Below, piece by piece: positions 28,866 to 38,938 of a stretch of 64,000 nt of DNA (position 1 is the first letter of the stretch; each line of letters opens with the position of its first letter). The position numbers and the translations under genes are program-made. The stretch spans positions 9,748 through 73,747 of IMG/VR virus record IMGVR_UViG_3300025425_000010. One strand, 5' to 3'. The notes under the pieces were generated by a model that was not told the DNA's origin, did not search any database, and was given only the letters and a program-made list of their open reading frames with translations. Origin of the DNA: a virus.

Positions 28866-30350
28866 TTAGTGAGTTTCTTCGAGTACGATTTGTTTAACAC
28901 CCTTCTTGGAGTTATGTGAGATTGGCATCTCAACACCCACAGAGATCATAAGTACTCGACCATTTACTTTGGAAAGGTCCAAAGTGTCAGTATATCCGTC
29001 ACTCAAAACTACAGTGTTGAACTCGTTGTAGTGTTCAACTACGTAATCTATTGAAGGTTGAATTACAGTACCACCAAGACCTTTAATCTTCATAGTTTCA
29101 AGTTGTCTTTTCTTCTTGAACTTCTGTACCCATTTGACATCGGTATCACCTTGGATGAAGTTAATTTCGATATCGTTTTGGTACACATAATTCAATACTC
29201 GTTCAAAAGTACCTTGACCACCCATTGATCCTGATGTATCAAGTATAACGTTGATAGTAGTCTTTACTTTACGGTTACCTTTAAGACCATTGATACCTCT
29301 TCTGTTAATTTTGGTAATAGTCTTATGTTTCTTGGTACCGAAGATTTGGTTAGAGATGGTACGTTTGATTTCTTTCAAGTAATCTTTACGTTTCTTCTGA
29401 AGTCTATTCAGAGTTGTTTCGATATTACCGGAAGCCAATCCACGAGCTGCTAATCGATCCATTACATCACGTACCATTGTCTCTCTCATTTCTTCTGGAA
29501 CTTCGTCAGTCATGTGTGAATCGAGGTATTGTCCTTCATTCTTCTCCATGTCTGAGAAGATTTGTTCTTTCGACCAAGTATCCATTGAACCATTACCTGA
29601 TGGATTCTGACCATAAGGACCATATGATGGTTTTCCTTTGGAGTCTTTACCACCCTCGTTACCAGTTCCGTTACAGTCTGGACATGGTGATCCACTACCT
29701 TCTCCTTGTCCTTCACCACCTTCTCCTTGTCCTTCACCTTTTTCGCCAGAATCAGATGGTTTCTCACCACTACCATCACAAGTTTCACACTTGGCTTGAT
29801 CCTCATCTTTTTCGTTCTGTTCTTGTTCCCACTTGTCTTTTTCTTCTCTCAACCAAGTGTAAAGTTCTTCAAAGATAAGTTTACCAGTATATTCTTTTGG
29901 TAGAAACAAAGCCATGTTCTTACCTGATTCATCTTTTGGAACTTCAACGAAGTTGTGTGAGATATCTTCCCAAATGATGTGATTGATAATCATATCCTGA
30001 GCGATGTTCGACAACTTGTGATCATACTGACCAGTAATCGTTCTTCGTGGGTGTCTAAACAATAAGTGGAAATCTTCGTGTAATGTTACGAAATTAACTT
30101 CTTTCTGTGACATGTTCTGTAAGAACTTCGGTGAGTAGTAGAAGTTCATACCTTTTGTAGTAACATTCACACCACATGTTGGTATGCTGTTAGTTTCGTG
30201 AAAATTGACATTCAAGTTAAACTCACCGTAGTAAGGTAGATTGACTTTCGTATCAATTAACATTTCTTGAATCGATGTTAAAAGTTTTTCGTGGATGTTT
30301 TTGTTTATAATCATATCTTTCTTATTATGTTTTATTGATTTGTTTAACAA
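28866..30350 (-). CDS. DUF2201 metallopeptidase-like plus VWA-like domain protein (MoxR partner); start probably 30314
   Basis: LHEDFH (HExxH), ILDTSGSMG MIDAS, GLGGT, LSDGY; internal CxxCxGxG pair. Confidence 0.85.
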   Translation of the reverse strand: MLNKSIKHNKKDMIINKNIHEKLLTSIQEMLIDTKVNLPYYGEFNLNVNFHETNSIPTCGVNVTTKGMNFYYSPKFLQNMSQKEVNFVTLHEDFHLLFRHPRRTITGQYDHKLSNIAQDMIINHIIWEDISHNFVEVPKDESGKNMALFLPKEYTGKLIFEELYTWLREEKDKWEQEQNEKDEDQAKCETCDGSGEKPSDSGEKGEGQGEGGEGQGEGSGSPCPDCNGTGNEGGKDSKGKPSYGPYGQNPSGNGSMDTWSKEQIFSDMEKNEGQYLDSHMTDEVPEEMRETMVRDVMDRLAARGLASGNIETTLNRLQKKRKDYLKEIKRTISNQIFGTKKHKTITKINRRGINGLKGNRKVKTTINVILDTSGSMGGQGTFERVLNYVYQNDIEINFIQGDTDVKWVQKFKKKRQLETMKIKGLGGTVIQPSIDYVVEHYNEFNTVVLSDGYTDTLDLSKVNGRVLMISVGVEMPISHNSKKGVKQIVLEETH

Positions 30351-30440
30351 AGATAGTTAATATTACCAACTATCATAATTTATATACAACTATTACGGAG
30401 AATTTATATTTAATATATATTAAAAAGTAATTATGTTAAT

Positions 30441-32123
30441 ATGATATTTGATAATAGTATTGAAATTAAAATAACTAAGCGTAATATTGAACACTTCTCT
30501 ATGTACTACAGAGATATAAAATTAAGGGATATAATTGATGTTTCTCCGGAAAATTTACAGAAAAATAGTAATATAAGAATAAATGTTTTATGTGATGTGT
30601 GTGGTATCTCTAATAACATTAAGAACCAGGCGTATACTAAGAATATAAATTCATGTAAATCTAATCCAATTTATACATGTGATAAATGTTCACATATTAA
30701 AAATAAAGCCAGTTGTTTGGAGGTTTATGGTGAGGACCATTATTCTAAAACTGATGAGTGGAAGGATCGGACAAGAAAGACTTGTTTGGAAAAATATGGT
30801 GAGGATCATTATTCTAAAACTGATGAGTGGTCTAAGAGATTTGAAGAGACTTGTTTGGAGAAGTATGGGGTTGAAAACCCATTTATGGATTCTAAAAAAA
30901 TAAGAGAATCTTTCAATAGTAAGTATGGAGTTGACCACCCATCACAGGTTACTGAAATACATGAACGTATTAAGAGTAGTAATAAAACATCAACCGGGTA
31001 TGAGAGTCCGTTATCCTCCCCAGAGATAAGGAGTCGTATTAATACTACAATGTTGCGTAAGTATGGTTCTATAATACCATATAAGTCGGAAGATATTAGG
31101 TCAAGGTTAGTGGTGTGTAAGAATAAAAATTATTTAAATTATATAAGTGATAATATATCACTGTTTAAGTGTGATAATGGATGTGATCACAATTTTGAAA
31201 TGGAATCTTATATGTATCATAATCGTTTACGTGGTGGTGTTCATTTATGTACAGTATGTAACCCAATTGGGGATTCGGTGTCAATAAAGGAGAAGGAGTT
31301 GTTTGAGTATATATCATCAATATATAGTGGTGAAATTATAAGATCATATCGAGATGGTTTGGAGATTGATATCTATTTGCCGGAATTGAATATTGGATTT
31401 GAATTTAATGGATTGTACTGGCACTCTGAAAAATATAAAGATAAAAATTACCACCTAGATAAAACTAACCATTTCAAGGAAAAGGGTATTCGTATAATAC
31501 ACATCTGGGAAGATGATTGGGTGAATAAGACAGATATACTTAAAAGCCAAATATCTAATATGGTTGGTGAGACAAATACTAGGATATTTGCTAGAAAATG
31601 TGAAGTCCGTGTGGTAGGTAGTAAATTATCTAATATTTTTCTATATGATAACCACATACAGGGTGGTGATAAGAGTGTTGTTAAATTGGGTTTGTTTTGT
31701 GATGGTGATATGGTATCTATTATGACATTTAATAAATTCGAGGGTAGAAACAAGATGGGTTTTGGTGAATGGAACCTGTCGAGGTTTTGTAATGTGAAAA
31801 ATTATTCGGTTGTTGGTGGATCGTCTAAATTATTATCATATTTCATAAAGGAGAATGTAGTTTCCCGTATAATAAGTTATGCTGATGCTGATTGGTCAGT
31901 TGGTAATTTATATAAGGTAATGTGTTTTGAAAAATCTCATCATAGTAACCCAGATTATAAATATGTTATTGATGGTGTTCGTAATCACAAACAGAATTAT
32001 AAGAAGAAGAACCTTGGTATATCAGGTCAAGCCATAACCGAGTCAGTATATATGAGAAGTAAAGGTTATTACCGAATATGGGATTGTGGGAAAATAAAAT
32101 TTACAAAACATGTATCTACATAA
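30441..32123 (+). CDS. Hef-like homing endonuclease family protein, paralog 3
   Basis: Same architecture; CLEKYGEDHYSKTDEW repeat. Confidence 0.75.
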   Translation: MIFDNSIEIKITKRNIEHFSMYYRDIKLRDIIDVSPENLQKNSNIRINVLCDVCGISNNIKNQAYTKNINSCKSNPIYTCDKCSHIKNKASCLEVYGEDHYSKTDEWKDRTRKTCLEKYGEDHYSKTDEWSKRFEETCLEKYGVENPFMDSKKIRESFNSKYGVDHPSQVTEIHERIKSSNKTSTGYESPLSSPEIRSRINTTMLRKYGSIIPYKSEDIRSRLVVCKNKNYLNYISDNISLFKCDNGCDHNFEMESYMYHNRLRGGVHLCTVCNPIGDSVSIKEKELFEYISSIYSGEIIRSYRDGLEIDIYLPELNIGFEFNGLYWHSEKYKDKNYHLDKTNHFKEKGIRIIHIWEDDWVNKTDILKSQISNMVGETNTRIFARKCEVRVVGSKLSNIFLYDNHIQGGDKSVVKLGLFCDGDMVSIMTFNKFEGRNKMGFGEWNLSRFCNVKNYSVVGGSSKLLSYFIKENVVSRIISYADADWSVGNLYKVMCFEKSHHSNPDYKYVIDGVRNHKQNYKKKNLGISGQAITESVYMRSKGYYRIWDCGKIKFTKHVST

Positions 32124-32187
32124 ACAATCCATGTTATTATTTGTGTAATTCGTATGTAAGATATATAAAAATAAACAAAAACAAATT

Positions 32188-32703
32188 ATGGAACAAAGTA
32201 AAAAAGACAGGTTAAGTGAAATTGGTGAATTGTTGTTTAAAGAAGGAGCATTCTTCTCAAAAATGCCAGAAGATGAGCAGGATTTATTCGCTGAGGGTCT
32301 TGAATTATTCGCTAGGTTGGGAGCTGAGAGAGTTTGGTATGAGAAAAATTGTGAAGGTGGTTCTACTGAATCAGATAATGGTTCTACTGAATCAGATAAT
32401 TTATCTGATGCTCTCAAAGAAGCTATTCAGTTTGTTAGAGGTGGATTTAACATAAATGTTAATGTTACACCGAATTCTAATTATCCAGAAAATAATTCTG
32501 AATGTGGTGGTGATGTATATGATAAAGAAGAGATGATTAATGATGGTTCTTACGACCCGATATATAAAACTGAAGAAGAGTTTATGTATGGTGATGTTGG
32601 TAAGATGTATAATATCAATGATGAATTTTTGAGCCCAGATGAGGAATTTGCTGATAAAAAACCATTGGATGATAAGTCTATTGATGAGGTTAAGGGTGAA
32701 TAA
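32188..32703 (+). CDS. Acidic hypothetical protein
   Basis: ORF; GSTESDN tandem duplication. Confidence 0.6.
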   Translation: MEQSKKDRLSEIGELLFKEGAFFSKMPEDEQDLFAEGLELFARLGAERVWYEKNCEGGSTESDNGSTESDNLSDALKEAIQFVRGGFNINVNVTPNSNYPENNSECGGDVYDKEEMINDGSYDPIYKTEEEFMYGDVGKMYNINDEFLSPDEEFADKKPLDDKSIDEVKGE

Positions 32704-32741
32704 CCATTGGATGATAAACTTTAATCTGTAGAAAAATTGTT

Positions 32742-32777
32742 AAAAAAAAGGGGATTCTATTTTGAATCCCCTTTTTT
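32742..32777. terminator. Bidirectional intrinsic terminator
   Basis: A-tract-GGGGATTC-N6-GAATCCCC-T-tract. Confidence 0.9.
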
Positions 32778-32799
32778 GTTTTTATATAATTGAGAGTTT

Positions 32800-34890
32800 T
32801 TATGCCTTGTCTACTTCAAGGATATTATCCAGTTTGATATTTCTGATAGCTTGTAGTGGGTAACTGAAGTCTTCGTTCAGGCTAACGATGTTAGTACCTT
32901 CTGGGAAGTTAAGACCCACAGCCACATCTTGGTCACCAAACTTAACATTCTGATGATTGATGAAATTAGTCTCATCGAAGTCAATGAAGTATTCTCCGGT
33001 ATCTAATCCACGAGCCAGTACTTGAACATCACCAGTGAAGTTTGGAATGATTACACCCGTTAAGAATCCCTCACAATCTACAAATTCATTTTTATGGGTA
33101 ATAAGCATCTTATCGTACTCATCAAGTGATAGAATATTAATAAACCCGGATGTGTATATTTCTCTTAATGGAACACCACCAACATATAAATCACAACTGG
33201 TTTCATCATCATCAATCTCAATATCTGATGATCCAATTGGACCACAAGCATCAATAATAACAATTGTTTCTTTTTCATAAGTACGAAATTTTCTAGCATC
33301 AAACCTAGGATTTTTAACTTCACTGGGAACTTCTAAATATTCAACAGTGTCTTCGGTTGGTGTTTCATCAACTGGATCAGGACCACTTGTTTCACTGTTG
33401 TAAGAAGGAGAACCACATAGTTCATCATACTCAGGACTCTGTTTGAACCCAAGTTTAATCATTTTATCAACTAGTAAGTGCCATTCCATTTCACCCTGAT
33501 AAGTGAATTCGTTTTTTTCACTCAATTGAATTTGACCATTGCCACTGTTATCGATTCCCATTACGAGTCTGATTATATCATCAGCAACCATTGATGTGTT
33601 TTCGTATACATCTTCGTAGTCGATTTTTATTGTATAAGAACCTTGTTTAAGTGCTTCAATCACACCCGGTAGATTCAATTTTAGAATCGGTGCCAGTTTG
33701 GTAAGAACTTCAATGGTCTTATCATCCATATCAATATCTGTTTTACTCTGTGTTGATACGTAGAATACACATCCATTTTCTTCCAATGGTGGTTCGAGTG
33801 AGTCAAGTCTAGCGTTGAGTATCGATAAATCCTCATCACCTTTATCTAATTGACTCTGTGCTGTTTTTATTGTGAAGTTGTGTTTCTGCTTGTCTTTTAG
33901 TAACTTATCAACTCTGTTCTTCAGTTCAAGTAGTTTGTTGTCTTTGTTTTCTTGAAACGACTCATCGATCATTTCTTGATAGACAGTTTTTGGTTTTTCT
34001 TCAACAACTGTTTCTTCAACAACTGTTTCTTCATCAGCTACTGTTTCTTCATCAGCTACTGTTTCTTTCACTTCTTCGGTATCGGTTGATTCATCATCAA
34101 ATAAATCCAACAAGTTAGATAAATTACTCTTAGCTTTTGTTGATACTACTGGCTCTTCTTCATTGAATAGTGCTTGAAGTGCATCGTATGGTTTTTCTTC
34201 TGTGGTAACTTCCAAATACACAAACTGATTCTTGTGTTCTTCACCAGCAGTGAATTTCAATGATGGGATAACCGTTTTATCAGTATATAGTGTAGTTTTT
34301 CTTTCAACAATATCGATTAGAAGTCTTCCCAACATTGCCTCATCACATAAGTTTGTACCTTCAACTTCTTCGAAATCAACAGTACTATTATCACGAATTG
34401 TCAATTTGAGTACTACATCTTCTAACATACCGCTCAACTCTTTACCTTCGATATAGGCAATTTTTGTGTGAAGTCTTCGGTTACCTTGTTTTGCTACGAT
34501 AAAGTTGATCAACTCTTTATTTGTTGTGAATTGACCAATAACTGGTTCTTTTACTTCTTCAACCTCATCATTTGTGATTAGTTCTCGTGAATGACCTTCT
34601 GACGTTTCTCCTCTCATTTCAAACAACTGACACATTTCGTCAGTTCCGGGAACTTTGAAGTTTTCCTCAGATTCAGCAACACTGAGAGCATCTTTGAGGT
34701 ATTTAACTGTATCGAATTTCTCGAAGTGTTCTTTATCCTTATCAGATATTTCAACTTTCAACGTCCTATCCTTCTGTATAGTAACGTTAAATGTTTTACC
34801 TTTAAGGTTTTTCTTTCTAACAAGAGCCCCATCCATTTCGGCTGTCATTAGTGTTTGACCTTTTTGTGTTTGAAAATTTTTGTATTCCAT
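32800..34890 (-). CDS. Large acidic coiled-coil protein with C-terminal tag
   Basis: 696 aa; ETVADE repeats; ends RNIKLDNILEVDKA. Confidence 0.7.
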   Translation of the reverse strand: MEYKNFQTQKGQTLMTAEMDGALVRKKNLKGKTFNVTIQKDRTLKVEISDKDKEHFEKFDTVKYLKDALSVAESEENFKVPGTDEMCQLFEMRGETSEGHSRELITNDEVEEVKEPVIGQFTTNKELINFIVAKQGNRRLHTKIAYIEGKELSGMLEDVVLKLTIRDNSTVDFEEVEGTNLCDEAMLGRLLIDIVERKTTLYTDKTVIPSLKFTAGEEHKNQFVYLEVTTEEKPYDALQALFNEEEPVVSTKAKSNLSNLLDLFDDESTDTEEVKETVADEETVADEETVVEETVVEEKPKTVYQEMIDESFQENKDNKLLELKNRVDKLLKDKQKHNFTIKTAQSQLDKGDEDLSILNARLDSLEPPLEENGCVFYVSTQSKTDIDMDDKTIEVLTKLAPILKLNLPGVIEALKQGSYTIKIDYEDVYENTSMVADDIIRLVMGIDNSGNGQIQLSEKNEFTYQGEMEWHLLVDKMIKLGFKQSPEYDELCGSPSYNSETSGPDPVDETPTEDTVEYLEVPSEVKNPRFDARKFRTYEKETIVIIDACGPIGSSDIEIDDDETSCDLYVGGVPLREIYTSGFINILSLDEYDKMLITHKNEFVDCEGFLTGVIIPNFTGDVQVLARGLDTGEYFIDFDETNFINHQNVKFGDQDVAVGLNFPEGTNIVSLNEDFSYPLQAIRNIKLDNILEVDKA

Positions 34891-34931
34891 GTATTTTTTT
34901 AGTTTTCTTGTTTAGACTACGAATGTATGGA

Positions 34932-35276
34932 TTATTTCTCGGTATTCAATACTTTACTTAGTTTTATTTGCCTTATTTCTTGTAGTGTGTATATTTTGGG
35001 TATTCTTTCATCTGATTGTGATTCTCTAGAAAGTTCATTATATATTTCCTCATTTTCACTACTGGCATTCATTTCGTCTATGTAATGAGAAAGGTTCCTG
35101 AAGTTCTTTTCAACAGCATAATTCCATTCTCCATCATATTTAGATATACAGATTACTAATAATGTTTTTATTTCTGTGTCGGTTAATTCTAACTTAATAT
35201 CCTTTATTTCTTCGATTGACCAGTTCTTATATAAGTGTAGGTAATTTTCAACTATATTCTCGTATTCAGTATTCAT
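34932..35276 (-). CDS. Hypothetical protein with C-terminal tag
   Basis: Ends RQIKLSKVLNTEK. Confidence 0.6.
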   Translation of the reverse strand: MNTEYENIVENYLHLYKNWSIEEIKDIKLELTDTEIKTLLVICISKYDGEWNYAVEKNFRNLSHYIDEMNASSENEEIYNELSRESQSDERIPKIYTLQEIRQIKLSKVLNTEK

Positions 35277-35570
35277 CTATTTTACTTTTTTTGTGTATCT
35301 AAATCGGAAATCATGCATGTATAATTTACTACCATCTATACCCTCACCAAAGAAGAAACTTCTTTCTGAGTTGAATTTAACAATTACGGAAGGTTCGTGT
35401 ACTCTTTTTTCGATTACCGTCAAATCTGTTGATATTTTGTGTTTATGAAAGAATTTAACATAATCACCATCAAACCAACAATGTGTCAGTATATCTCCAA
35501 CATTTATTTCTTCTCCATTAAAATCTTTCGGTTTAACTATACCATCACCGCCTTTAAAACGCATTTTCAT
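35277..35570 (-). CDS. YopX-like small protein
   Basis: KDFNGEEINVGDIL motif. Confidence 0.5.
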   Translation of the reverse strand: MKMRFKGGDGIVKPKDFNGEEINVGDILTHCWFDGDYVKFFHKHKISTDLTVIEKRVHEPSVIVKFNSERSFFFGEGIDGSKLYMHDFRFRYTKKVK

Positions 35571-35613
35571 TTTTAAAATTTTTAAGTAAATTCATGTAAC
35601 ATCATGATAACTT

Positions 35614-36078
35614 TTATAACTCTAATAATATAAGAAGTTTTATTTTCCTTTGCATTTCTTCATTGGATAACATTTTTTCGATGTATTTATTAATTACTGG
35701 ATGTACTACACACTTAATATCTTTCAATTCGACCATTGGACAAATAATATTCTCAAATTCTTTTTTGAAATTATCAAAACTATTACTCTGTAAAATTATC
35801 TTCCAATTATACATCCAATAGATAACATTCCAACCCAAGGATTCAATTTCTGCTTCTTCTATCAACCATAAATTAATCCATTTCTGTATTTTTTCATTCT
35901 CAAGACATTTTAACTTATATTTCTTCGATAAATCTTTATTGTAGACTCCGATTATGTAGTCGAATTTTTCAACTATGTAATGTAAGGAATGTGTATTTTC
36001 ACAATCCTCAAATACTAGACCGAACCTAAATACATTATTTAATTGTTCTCTTGTCAAAACCAGTAATCTCGTTTCCAT
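35614..36078 (-). CDS. Hypothetical protein with C-terminal tag
   Basis: Ends RKIKLLILLEL. Confidence 0.55.
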   Translation of the reverse strand: METRLLVLTREQLNNVFRFGLVFEDCENTHSLHYIVEKFDYIIGVYNKDLSKKYKLKCLENEKIQKWINLWLIEEAEIESLGWNVIYWMYNWKIILQSNSFDNFKKEFENIICPMVELKDIKCVVHPVINKYIEKMLSNEEMQRKIKLLILLEL

Positions 36079-36641
36079 CGTTTAGCATTGAATCCGTATA
36101 ATTTTATGAATAAACATAATCCGAGAAATGCTCCTGATAAGTGTGCAATGTGTCCGATACCATCAAATCCTTGAAATGTGTGAAATATTTCTAATACAAC
36201 AATTATATAGAATATTAGTTTAAATGGTATTCCAAAGAAGAATTTCATTGTTGGTTGTAGTAACACAGCCATTGTCAAAATTCCAAATAATGCTCCTGAT
36301 GCTCCAATAAGACCTATACCAGTAGAGTTGAATAGTAACTGAACTATTCCTGATAATGCACCGAATATTAAATAAGTAATTAAGAATTTTCTTGATCCAA
36401 GAGCCTGTTCGACAACGGGAGCAAAAAATAGTAATGTTAGCATATTACCAAAAAGATGCATCCATCCACCATGTAAGAAAACATGACCAACCCATTGTAT
36501 TGGATTCAGTAATTGTGAAAGTGTAAATGTTCCGTATAGTAAGGCTCCGAGTGTAGTGAAGTGTGATAGTAAAAAGAGTATAATATTCAAATAGAATAAC
36601 CTCTTGACATAATAAGTTCCTGTAAAGTAACCTGTTCTCAT
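36054..36641 (-). CDS. Rhomboid intramembrane serine protease
   Basis: FLHGGWMHLFGNM, GASGA and HIAHLSGA motifs. Confidence 0.9.
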   Translation of the reverse strand: MRTGYFTGTYYVKRLFYLNIILFLLSHFTTLGALLYGTFTLSQLLNPIQWVGHVFLHGGWMHLFGNMLTLLFFAPVVEQALGSRKFLITYLIFGALSGIVQLLFNSTGIGLIGASGALFGILTMAVLLQPTMKFFFGIPFKLIFYIIVVLEIFHTFQGFDGIGHIAHLSGAFLGLCLFIKLYGFNAKRWKRDYWF

Positions 36642-36703
36642 ATTTTTGTTTGTTAATAATTAGTTAGGGACACATTAAAACGATGTGCTAACACGTAATA
36701 TAA

Positions 36704-36943
36704 TTAATGCTTAGTTATGTACGCACCAAATAGTTTTAAGCCAATAGCCCAATAACCCCATCTGAAACCAATTGCATAAGCAAAACCCAAGTTGTTCATT
36801 TGTTCTTTGTCAGCCTGTCCAAATACTAAACTTGGTGTTATTCCAAAATCTAAGTCTTTAGGTTTTTGCTTTAATCCGTTTAGGTAAAATGGGCTTATTT
36901 TGTATTTCGTTTTCATGAACTTGTGTGTTTTACGTTCCGTCAT
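36704..36943 (-). CDS. Hypothetical protein (start uncertain)
   Basis: ORF. Confidence 0.4.
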   Translation of the reverse strand: MTERKTHKFMKTKYKISPFYLNGLKQKPKDLDFGITPSLVFGQADKEQMNNLGFAYAIGFRWGYWAIGLKLFGAYITKH

Positions 36944-37074
36944 ATAAAGTTTTGTATTTTTAATCCGCACTAATCATATTACTATTCGTATTAGACATAA
37001 GGCATTGTGCATTTATTGACCGTCAATGTATCATCTGTTTTGATATGTTCTTCTATTTTTCTGTATCATACTCA

Positions 37075-37106
37075 CAAATATAGTCGATTATATCTTAATT
37101 ACCAAA
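37075..37106 (-). promoter_or_regulatory. Bacteroidota-type promoter (TTTG-N20-TATATTTG)
   Basis: Consensus match. Confidence 0.7.
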
Positions 37107-37113
37107 ACCTAAA

Positions 37114-38883
37114 TCACCATTTCTTAATAAAATCAGACAATTCTTCAATATAGATGTCTTTGGGTTTCTTCTTTTTCATTTCTACCAGTTCAATCTTCTT
37201 CAGTTTGATATTTTCCTTTATCTTATCATAGTTCTCTTTGGTTAAGTTATGTATAGGAATTCGTAAAAGATAGTCATATGATCCATCTATTTTATCTAAC
37301 TTGTTTTTTGATATCATCTTCTCAATATCTACCTTCTTTCGGTTGTTAACAATTATATCACCTTTGATTATCAATGAAATGAATTTAGACCTATTATCCA
37401 TAACCCTCAACTCACTAGTTAATTCACTAACGATGTTTTTCTTACGAACATCATACCATTTTAATCGAAAATCTACGAAATATGTGATAATATCTTTAAC
37501 ATTCTCGAATATAAGTAATTTACCATGTTCATCTAGTGTATTGTATAATTCGTGAAAACTTTCTTCTAATTTGAAAACTTTAATCAATTTTATATCAGAT
37601 AATTCGGCCAAATCTTTACGGCTCATCTTTATAACATAGTTGATATTATCCTTACAATTATCTTCATAAGATAGTATAATTCCATCAGATATAAGCTTTT
37701 CTAAGATATTTTCATATTTTTCATAAGTCATAGAGGGTGGTAACTCTGTTATATTCAATGTGGTCGTGTTAACTTTTTGATATGTACCTCTAACAATCCA
37801 TGATTTATGTTTCTCTGGATCATTTTCATATGTACCTTTAAACCCATTAATACTTGGAGGTATATTCTTAACCTTACCTTTTTTCAAGTAGTTTAAGCAA
37901 GCCTTAGACACATCAATTATATCACGATTTAGTATCATTGATTTAAAACCAACGGCTATACCACCCCCACCATTAACGAGAATCATTGGTATTATAGGTA
38001 GTAAGTATTTTGGCTCAATTTTCTCACCTTCTTCTATCTGATTATCTAATAGATTATTATCTCTGTATATTTTTCGATAATTACCATTGAGCTTAGTACC
38101 GATATATCTCGGTGCTCCAGCATCAGGTGATCTCAATGAACCAAATTGTCCATCTTCGTCCAGTAAGGGAGCATTGTTTTTAAAACTCTGAGCCATGCTG
38201 GTGATGGCACTAGATAGTGATGAATTATGAGTTATTATCATTGATTTTTTACCAATGATGAAATTGTGATGTTCATCAACTGTTATATCATAAAATTTTT
38301 CTGGTTTATTTAATTTTATTCTGTTAATTTTATTTATTCGGCATAGGTTTTCTTTCTTGAAATTTTCAATATTATCAGTTTCTATCAGATTTTTGGCCTC
38401 CACCCATCCTCTATCCGTTAGAAATGGGTGATTTGATGTACATGATATTATTTCACCGGATTCTAATTCAATTTCATATTTATCATTGGTTATATTCCCT
38501 ACCCTTGGGGAGTGTCCCCTACCTTCACAAAATATTTTCCTCACCTCATCATAGCAAGTTACATTAAATGATTGGTTTGGGTAATTCTCAAACCAATCAC
38601 CAATAGTTATATATGTACCATCAGTTAATAATATCTCAGTTGAAAAATCTAAACAATCACCATGATGGTACATACAATCACTGGCTACTTTACCAGCCAA
38701 CTGAAATATCTTGAGTGGTTTCTCCAACCCTGATTTCCACACTTTTGATGAGATGTATATTATCTTTCTCTGTACAGGCTTTAATCCATCGACCATTGAT
38801 GCAATGGCTCTTGATTCGAGAGAATACATTGCAAATTCTTTATATTCCTCACTTAAGAAGTTTTCTATTTTCTTATTTTTCAT
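37114..38883 (-). CDS. Type IIA DNA topoisomerase, A/gp52-like subunit, intein-containing
   Basis: DGLKPVQRK, YHHGD, GQFGS..APRYI (catalytic Tyr), GIAVG, ITELP. Confidence 0.92.
   Translation of the reverse strand: MKNKKIENFLSEEYKEFAMYSLESRAIASMVDGLKPVQRKIIYISSKVWKSGLEKPLKIFQLAGKVASDCMYHHGDCLDFSTEILLTDGTYITIGDWFENYPNQSFNVTCYDEVRKIFCEGRGHSPRVGNITNDKYEIELESGEIISCTSNHPFLTDRGWVEAKNLIETDNIENFKKENLCRINKINRIKLNKPEKFYDITVDEHHNFIIGKKSMIITHNSSLSSAITSMAQSFKNNAPLLDEDGQFGSLRSPDAGAPRYIGTKLNGNYRKIYRDNNLLDNQIEEGEKIEPKYLLPIIPMILVNGGGGIAVGFKSMILNRDIIDVSKACLNYLKKGKVKNIPPSINGFKGTYENDPEKHKSWIVRGTYQKVNTTTLNITELPPSMTYEKYENILEKLISDGIILSYEDNCKDNINYVIKMSRKDLAELSDIKLIKVFKLEESFHELYNTLDEHGKLLIFENVKDIITYFVDFRLKWYDVRKKNIVSELTSELRVMDNRSKFISLIIKGDIIVNNRKKVDIEKMISKNKLDKIDGSYDYLLRIPIHNLTKENYDKIKENIKLKKIELVEMKKKKPKDIYIEELSDFIKKW
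38224..38655 (-). mobile_element. Mini-intein (144 aa, no endonuclease)
   Basis: Begins CLDFSTEIL; block B CTSNHPFLT; block F/G YDITVDEHHNF..ITHN followed by Ser. Confidence 0.9.
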
Positions 38884-38938
38884 ATTTAGGTATCACATCC
38901 ATTATAGACATATTGTTTATTTATATATATAATATAGT

